A DNA stretch of 64,000 bases, from contig CAXRDE010000019.1 in assembly GCA_964229355.1 (NCBI GenBank), positions 389,557 through 453,556 on the forward strand, given 5' to 3'. Source of the DNA: Candidatus Sericytochromatia bacterium (GTDB lineage Bacteria; Cyanobacteriota; Sericytochromatia; UBA7694). Below, piece after piece: positions 59,312 to 64,000 of this stretch. The stretch's first letter is position 1. The number at the start of each line of letters is the position of its first letter. The notes under the pieces were generated by a model. That model ran no database searches. It saw nothing but the letters and a program-made list of their open reading frames with translations, and had not been told where the DNA came from. Position numbers and translations under genes: made by a program.

Positions 59312-60289
59312 ATGTCGACCCGTCACCGTACCCGCTGCCCCTATTGTCAAAAACTCAATACCCACTGGGAAGACACTGAACAGACCGAAGCCCGCTGCCG
59401 GCGTTGTCGCTTGCCCCTGGCCACCCCCACCCATAAAAAATGGCAGGCCGTGGATCCCGACGCTTACATTCATCCCTTAGATCGTCAGGCCCTACAGGCG
59501 CTGCGCAGTATCCCCGGCGTCGATACCATTTTGAAAAAATTGATCGGTTTTACCAGCGAACGCATGTATCGCATTTTGTTTATGGCCAATAGCGTCAAGG
59601 TCGGGCCTGAGCAATACGCCCATCTTGATGAAAAACTGCGGGTGGTGTGTGACACCCTCGGCATGAAAAAGCCGGAGTTGTATGTGTCGGTCAGCCAATT
59701 TGGTGGGCTGGAGATCAATGCTTTTACCACCGGTACTGAAGAACCTTTTATTGTGCTTTATGCAGGTCTGGTGGAGCGCCTCAGCGATATTGAGTTGCTG
59801 GCCGTGCTGGCCCATGAAATGGGGCATATTCACTGCCAGCACTTGCTTTACAAGGCGGCGGCCAATACACTCATTTACCTGTTGGCCTCTACCCTGGGTC
59901 GTACCCCTGCGGGAGCCTTGCTAAACACCATTAGCCTGCCCGTTAAAATTGCCTTGATCATGTGGAGCCACAAGGCAGAGCTAAGCTGTGACCGCACCGC
60001 TATGCTGGTGGTGCAGGATCGTGAGGTGGTGATGAACGCTCTCATTAAAATCTCAGGGGGTGTGCTCAATAATGAGCTTAACCTAGACGCTTACCTGGCA
60101 CAGGCTCGTGAGTTTGACCGCAATTACGAAGAGGGCTTCCTTGATAAAATGTGGACCCTCCTGGCCGCTGCGCAGAGCAGTCATCCCTTTCCCGTGTGGC
60201 GGATTTCTGAAATTCTCAAGTGGACAGAAGATGACTCACGCAAGGGCTATCCGGCAATCTCTGCCCAAGATGATACAATCCGTGCTTAA
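59312..60289 (+). CDS. M48-family zinc metallopeptidase with N-terminal zinc-ribbon
   Basis: CPYCQK…CRRCRL ribbon. HEMGH (HExxH) in LAVLAHEMGHIHCQH. Confidence 0.65.
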   Translation: MSTRHRTRCPYCQKLNTHWEDTEQTEARCRRCRLPLATPTHKKWQAVDPDAYIHPLDRQALQALRSIPGVDTILKKLIGFTSERMYRILFMANSVKVGPEQYAHLDEKLRVVCDTLGMKKPELYVSVSQFGGLEINAFTTGTEEPFIVLYAGLVERLSDIELLAVLAHEMGHIHCQHLLYKAAANTLIYLLASTLGRTPAGALLNTISLPVKIALIMWSHKAELSCDRTAMLVVQDREVVMNALIKISGGVLNNELNLDAYLAQAREFDRNYEEGFLDKMWTLLAAAQSSHPFPVWRISEILKWTEDDSRKGYPAISAQDDTIRA

Positions 60290-60298
60290 CTAGAGCCT

Positions 60299-61363
60299 AT
60301 GACAAGTGCACTTGAAAACACATTAGCAGGCTGTTTGGTGGGAACCGCCATCGGCGATGCTCTGGGATTACCTGCAGAAGGTTTATCGCGAGAGCGTCAG
60401 TTTCGCATCTATCCTGACCTGGATCGTTACCGTTTCTTTTTTGGTAAGGGCATGACCTCTGATGACAGTGAGCATACCTTTATGTTGGCCCAGGCGCTCA
60501 TCTCTTCTCGGCAAACCCCGGCCCAATTGCAGCAGCGTTTTAGCTGGAAGTTGCGCCTGTGGTTATTGGGCTTGCCTGCGGGGCTAGGTGGCACCACCTT
60601 AAAAGCGATTTTACGGCTCTGGCTAGGCATTCCGCCCGAGCGCAGCGGGCTTTTTTCGGCGGGCAATGCGCCCGCCATGCGCAGCGCGATTCTGGGGATT
60701 GTGTATGGTCATGATCTGCAAACCCTGCGCAATTATGTGCGGGCGATAACGCGCTTAACCCATACTGATCCGGCGGCGGAATACGGGGCCATGGCGGTGG
60801 CGCTGGCGGCCTCGCTGGGGGCCCGCTACCAACGGGTGGACCCTGAGCAGTATTACCAGTATGTGAAACAGGCCTGCCGCAATGACGACAGCAATTTTAT
60901 TGTGCTCATGCGCAAGACCACCCGCTCGGTGCAAAACAAAGAGAGTCTGCGGGAGTTTCTGCTGCGTCTCAACTGCGGCAGCGGCATCAGCGGCTATATT
61001 CAGCACACGGTGCCTGCGGTTATTCACATCTGGTTAACCCATCAAGATAATTTCCGTCTGGCACTGCTAGAGACCATTCACGCCGGTGGCGACACCGACA
61101 CCACCGCGGCGATTATGGGGGCGATTATGGGGGCGCGGGTAGGCTTTGATGGCCTACCTCAGGATTGGGTGAACGATCTGATTGAGTGGCCCCGCAATAT
61201 CGAATGGCAGCGCGAGCTGGCCAGACGGCTGGCGGAGTCTTTAGACACCGATGAATTGCAAAAAGAGCTGCCGGTTAACGTACCGGGTTTGGTGCTGCGC
61301 AATGTCTTCTTTATGTTTTGGGTTATCTTGCATGGCTTTCGCCGTTATTTGCCCCCGTATTGA
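60299..61363 (+). CDS. ADP-ribosylglycohydrolase (ARH/DraG) family protein
   Basis: N-terminal LAGCLVGTAIGDALGLPAEG, C-terminal HAGGDTDTTAAIMGAIMGA metal-binding Asp/Thr cluster. Confidence 0.7.
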   Translation: MTSALENTLAGCLVGTAIGDALGLPAEGLSRERQFRIYPDLDRYRFFFGKGMTSDDSEHTFMLAQALISSRQTPAQLQQRFSWKLRLWLLGLPAGLGGTTLKAILRLWLGIPPERSGLFSAGNAPAMRSAILGIVYGHDLQTLRNYVRAITRLTHTDPAAEYGAMAVALAASLGARYQRVDPEQYYQYVKQACRNDDSNFIVLMRKTTRSVQNKESLREFLLRLNCGSGISGYIQHTVPAVIHIWLTHQDNFRLALLETIHAGGDTDTTAAIMGAIMGARVGFDGLPQDWVNDLIEWPRNIEWQRELARRLAESLDTDELQKELPVNVPGLVLRNVFFMFWVILHGFRRYLPPY

Positions 61364-63207
61364 GTGCTCTCTAAGGCAAAGATTTTATCTTCTAAAATCT
61401 GAATTTCAGAGCGGTAGCGCTCGCTGCTCTGGCGTAGGGTCTCCATGTCTTTGGACTGGCCTTCGCTATGCTTTTTCAGGCGATTGTACAGCTGTTCCCC
61501 TTGTTTGAGTTTCTCTTTTAACTCTTCAATGGTTTGGTTGCGGCGCTGTTGCTGAGCACCCATCAGTTGCAGAGACTGGCGCAATTGCTCAATTTCCAAT
61601 TGAAACTGCTCTGCATCCATGTCCGCCAGTTTTTCTTCGAGGTTGCGTTTGTCAAAGGCGAGTTGGGCCTTGTCTTCGCGCAATTGCTCTAAGCTATCTC
61701 TCAGATATTCCATCTCTAAGCGCAACTGATCTCGCTCCTGGGTCATTTGCACCAACACCTGTTGGTCTTCATCGTGTAGCTCTTGTGCGTATTCTAAATC
61801 CGAGAGCTTGTCCTCTAGGGTTTCACTCAGTAAGGCCATTTCCCGCTGGTGACGCTGAAGTTCTTCGGCCAGCTCTTCAATCATTTGCTGGGCCTGGTTC
61901 AGACGTTCAGCACGGGTGTTGAGTTCTTTGTACAAACGCTGAATCTCAGAACTGCGTTCGGCTTTGTCTAAATTGAGTCCCAGGTTGGCCTGCTCGATTT
62001 CGTCTTTGGCCTCAATCAGGGCCGCAATGATTTGCTGGGCTTCTTCTAAATTGGCGGGTAGATTATCTACCTTTTCGTTGAGCTTTTTGTACGCCACCGA
62101 TAACTCTCGCAGTTTCAGGCGGGCGTTTTTCATTTGGTCGCGCAGCTTCTTATTTTGCTCTTCTTTCTCGTGATTCAGCTGCATGAGTTTGCGCTTGTCT
62201 TTGGCCCATTGCTCTTCTTTTTTAAGTAGGCGCTCGTGAGATTGTTGAAAGCTCAGCACATTTTGTTCGAGCTCGTGCAATTGCTTCAGCTGGGACTTGG
62301 CGTTCTGCTCGCGCTCCTGGGATTGTGCGAGATCTTTTTGCAGGTGTTGTTGGTGGTTGTACATGAGGTGTAATTGCTCTTCGTATTCCACAATTTGCTG
62401 TCGCAGAGCCTGCTCATAATCCTGGGTTTTGGCCAGGGACTGGCTTAATGCATTGAGCTCACCGTGTAAGTGATCGTCATGGGCCTGAGGGTTTTTGGTT
62501 TCGGACAACTTCTTGCGCAGGGCATCGTTTTGGGTTTGCATTTGCTTCAGGCTGCCCTGGAGCTTTTCAATATCTGCCAGGGCGGCAGTGGCCCGTGACA
62601 CCGATTTGGGTACGCTGCGTTGGGCCAGTTGGTCTCTGAGCTGTTGGTTTTCGTGCTGCAGGCTTTTGATGCGCTGGGTTTGTTCGTCTTCGTCGTGTTG
62701 TTGCTGATTAAGTAAGATCAGGGTGTCGGTTTGATCGTTAAAGCGTTCGCGCTGTAAATAGTCCCAGAGGGCAGCCAGCAGCCCCACAAACAGGGCCAAC
62801 ACCAAAGGAAAGAGCAGATTGAAATCCAGCCATTGCACCGGCATCCGGTAATAAAAGCGGTAGTCGCCCTGGGGAGAGCTTTCGTAGGGTAGCGCTTCGT
62901 TTTTGAGCACAAAAGCCCCTTGCTGTTGGTGGGCCGTCGCCGAATTGCCCAGGTTGCTGGTAATGGCGACCCCGCCTGCATCGGCCACGATCACGGTCAG
63001 GGGCAACTGGCTTAAAAAACGTTCCACCTCTCCGTCTTCTTGATCTTGCAGCAGGCGACTCAGGCGAGGAATGGCCTGTTGTAAGGGAGCCAGTTGATCG
63101 GCGGGGGCAGCCGAACGAAACCCGAACCAGTACCAGCCCGCCATGGGTAGAAACAAACCGACGGTAATGCTAAAAACCAGTACAAGCGCGCGCAAGGGGT
63201 TTGACAT
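61345..63207 (-). CDS. Membrane-anchored long coiled-coil protein (two N-terminal TM helices, ~450-aa coiled coil)
   Basis: TM1 ALVLVFSITVGLFLP, TM2 LLFPLVLALFVGLLAAL. Heptad-rich Q/E/K/L remainder. Confidence 0.55.
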   Translation of the reverse strand: MSNPLRALVLVFSITVGLFLPMAGWYWFGFRSAAPADQLAPLQQAIPRLSRLLQDQEDGEVERFLSQLPLTVIVADAGGVAITSNLGNSATAHQQQGAFVLKNEALPYESSPQGDYRFYYRMPVQWLDFNLLFPLVLALFVGLLAALWDYLQRERFNDQTDTLILLNQQQHDEDEQTQRIKSLQHENQQLRDQLAQRSVPKSVSRATAALADIEKLQGSLKQMQTQNDALRKKLSETKNPQAHDDHLHGELNALSQSLAKTQDYEQALRQQIVEYEEQLHLMYNHQQHLQKDLAQSQEREQNAKSQLKQLHELEQNVLSFQQSHERLLKKEEQWAKDKRKLMQLNHEKEEQNKKLRDQMKNARLKLRELSVAYKKLNEKVDNLPANLEEAQQIIAALIEAKDEIEQANLGLNLDKAERSSEIQRLYKELNTRAERLNQAQQMIEELAEELQRHQREMALLSETLEDKLSDLEYAQELHDEDQQVLVQMTQERDQLRLEMEYLRDSLEQLREDKAQLAFDKRNLEEKLADMDAEQFQLEIEQLRQSLQLMGAQQQRRNQTIEELKEKLKQGEQLYNRLKKHSEGQSKDMETLRQSSERYRSEIQILEDKIFALESTQYGGK

Positions 63208-63329
63208 GGTGGGGCCGCCTACTTCATATTTTTTAACAATTATAGCAGTTGCTCTTTAAGCTTCAACTAAGACCACCCGTAAACTGCGCTAGAATACCTC
63301 CATCATCTATACCTGCAGGAGCCAACACA

Positions 63330-64000
63330 TGAGTCAATCCCCATGGGGCATGTCCATTCAAAAAAAAGGGGGCGTCGATGTCCTCAAACCCGTCGCTTTG
63401 CCCCGCGAAAAACCAGGGCCTGAGCAAATTGCTGTAGAGGTCAAGGCCTGTGGCGTCAACTTTGCCGATGTGCTCATGCGCATGGGGCTTTACCCTGAAG
63501 CGCCCTCCACGCCTTTTGTACCGGGTTATGAAGTGGCCGGTGTGGTGGCTGAAGTGGGGGAGAAGGTCACCGCCTACAAGCCCGGTGATCGCGTCATGGC
63601 CGCCACCTATTTTGGTGGGTACGCCTCGTATGTGGTGGTCGAAGAAGAAAAGGCCCTGCCCCTGCCCGAGCACCTGAGTTTTGAAGAGGGGGCTGGACTG
63701 TTGGTGAACTTTATGACCGCCTGGGTGGCCTTGCACGAAATGGCCCGCATTCGCGAAGGGGATCATGTGCTGATTCACGGCATTGCCGGAGGCGTGGGAC
63801 TGGCGGCCCTGCAGGTGGCCCATAATGCGGGCTGCCACATTTACGGTACCGCAGGCTCTGAAGCCAAGCTCGAAGCCGCGAAGGCCATGGGTATGCACTA
63901 CGGCGTCAATTACCGCAAAACCTCCTTTGTCTCAGATATTCGCCTGAATGTGGCCCGTCGCCCCCTTGATGTCATTTTAGATCCTATCGGCGGCGATAAC
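63330..64000 (+). CDS. Zn-independent MDR-family NADPH:quinone oxidoreductase (3' end outside the window)
   Basis: ATG at 63330. KACGVNFADV, GYEVAGVV, GIAGGVGLAALQVA Rossmann. Runs to the window edge, so absent from the ORF track. The antisense ORF 63263..63898 is therefore spurious. Confidence 0.7.

Noticed and set aside
63263-63898. 211-aa minus-strand ORF
   Set aside because: It lies antisense to a clearly coding MDR quinone-oxidoreductase gene (63330 to beyond 64000, + strand) that is missing from the ORF track only because it has no in-window stop. The minus ORF is a GC-rich antisense artefact.

Overview
This is a 64 kb chromosomal window from a roughly 55% GC bacterium. Diderm-type hallmarks are present: a Wza-like exporter, a GT9 heptosyltransferase, a type IV pilin, lipoproteins and FeoABC. 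Most genes are housekeeping: a two-component system, NIF3-like protein, dnaX, pyrG, cdd, hbd, transaldolase, tRNA Thr-Tyr-Thr followed by nuoJKLMN, an S9 peptidase, HMG-CoA lyase, an AGCS symporter, flavodoxin, recR/ybaB, aroC, thrC, yajQ, a UvrD-like helicase, plus tRNA-Cys and tRNA-Gln. No CRISPR array, transposase or integrase was seen. Three accessory loci stand out. (1) Next to tRNA-Cys sits an operon whose first gene fuses a class-I SAM methyltransferase to a DUF692/MNIO-like domain, followed by a DUF2063 partner; this looks like an uncharacterised RiPP-type or cysteine-modifying maturation system with no obvious precursor gene. (2) A 782-aa protein fuses a degenerate isochorismatase-like domain, an APH/protein-kinase-like domain and a CX5R dual-specificity phosphatase. 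(3) A signal-less papain-fold cysteine protease is translationally coupled to a small downstream ORF, consistent with a protease/inhibitor or effector/immunity pair. Smaller items include a Q/P-rich EF-hand protein with a glycine-zipper tail, an iron divergon with a ~430 bp AT-rich control region, an orphan FlhB/SctU homolog, a Kazal-type inhibitor and an A10 tract inside dnaX. All family assignments rest on motif recognition by eye and need HMM or structure confirmation.
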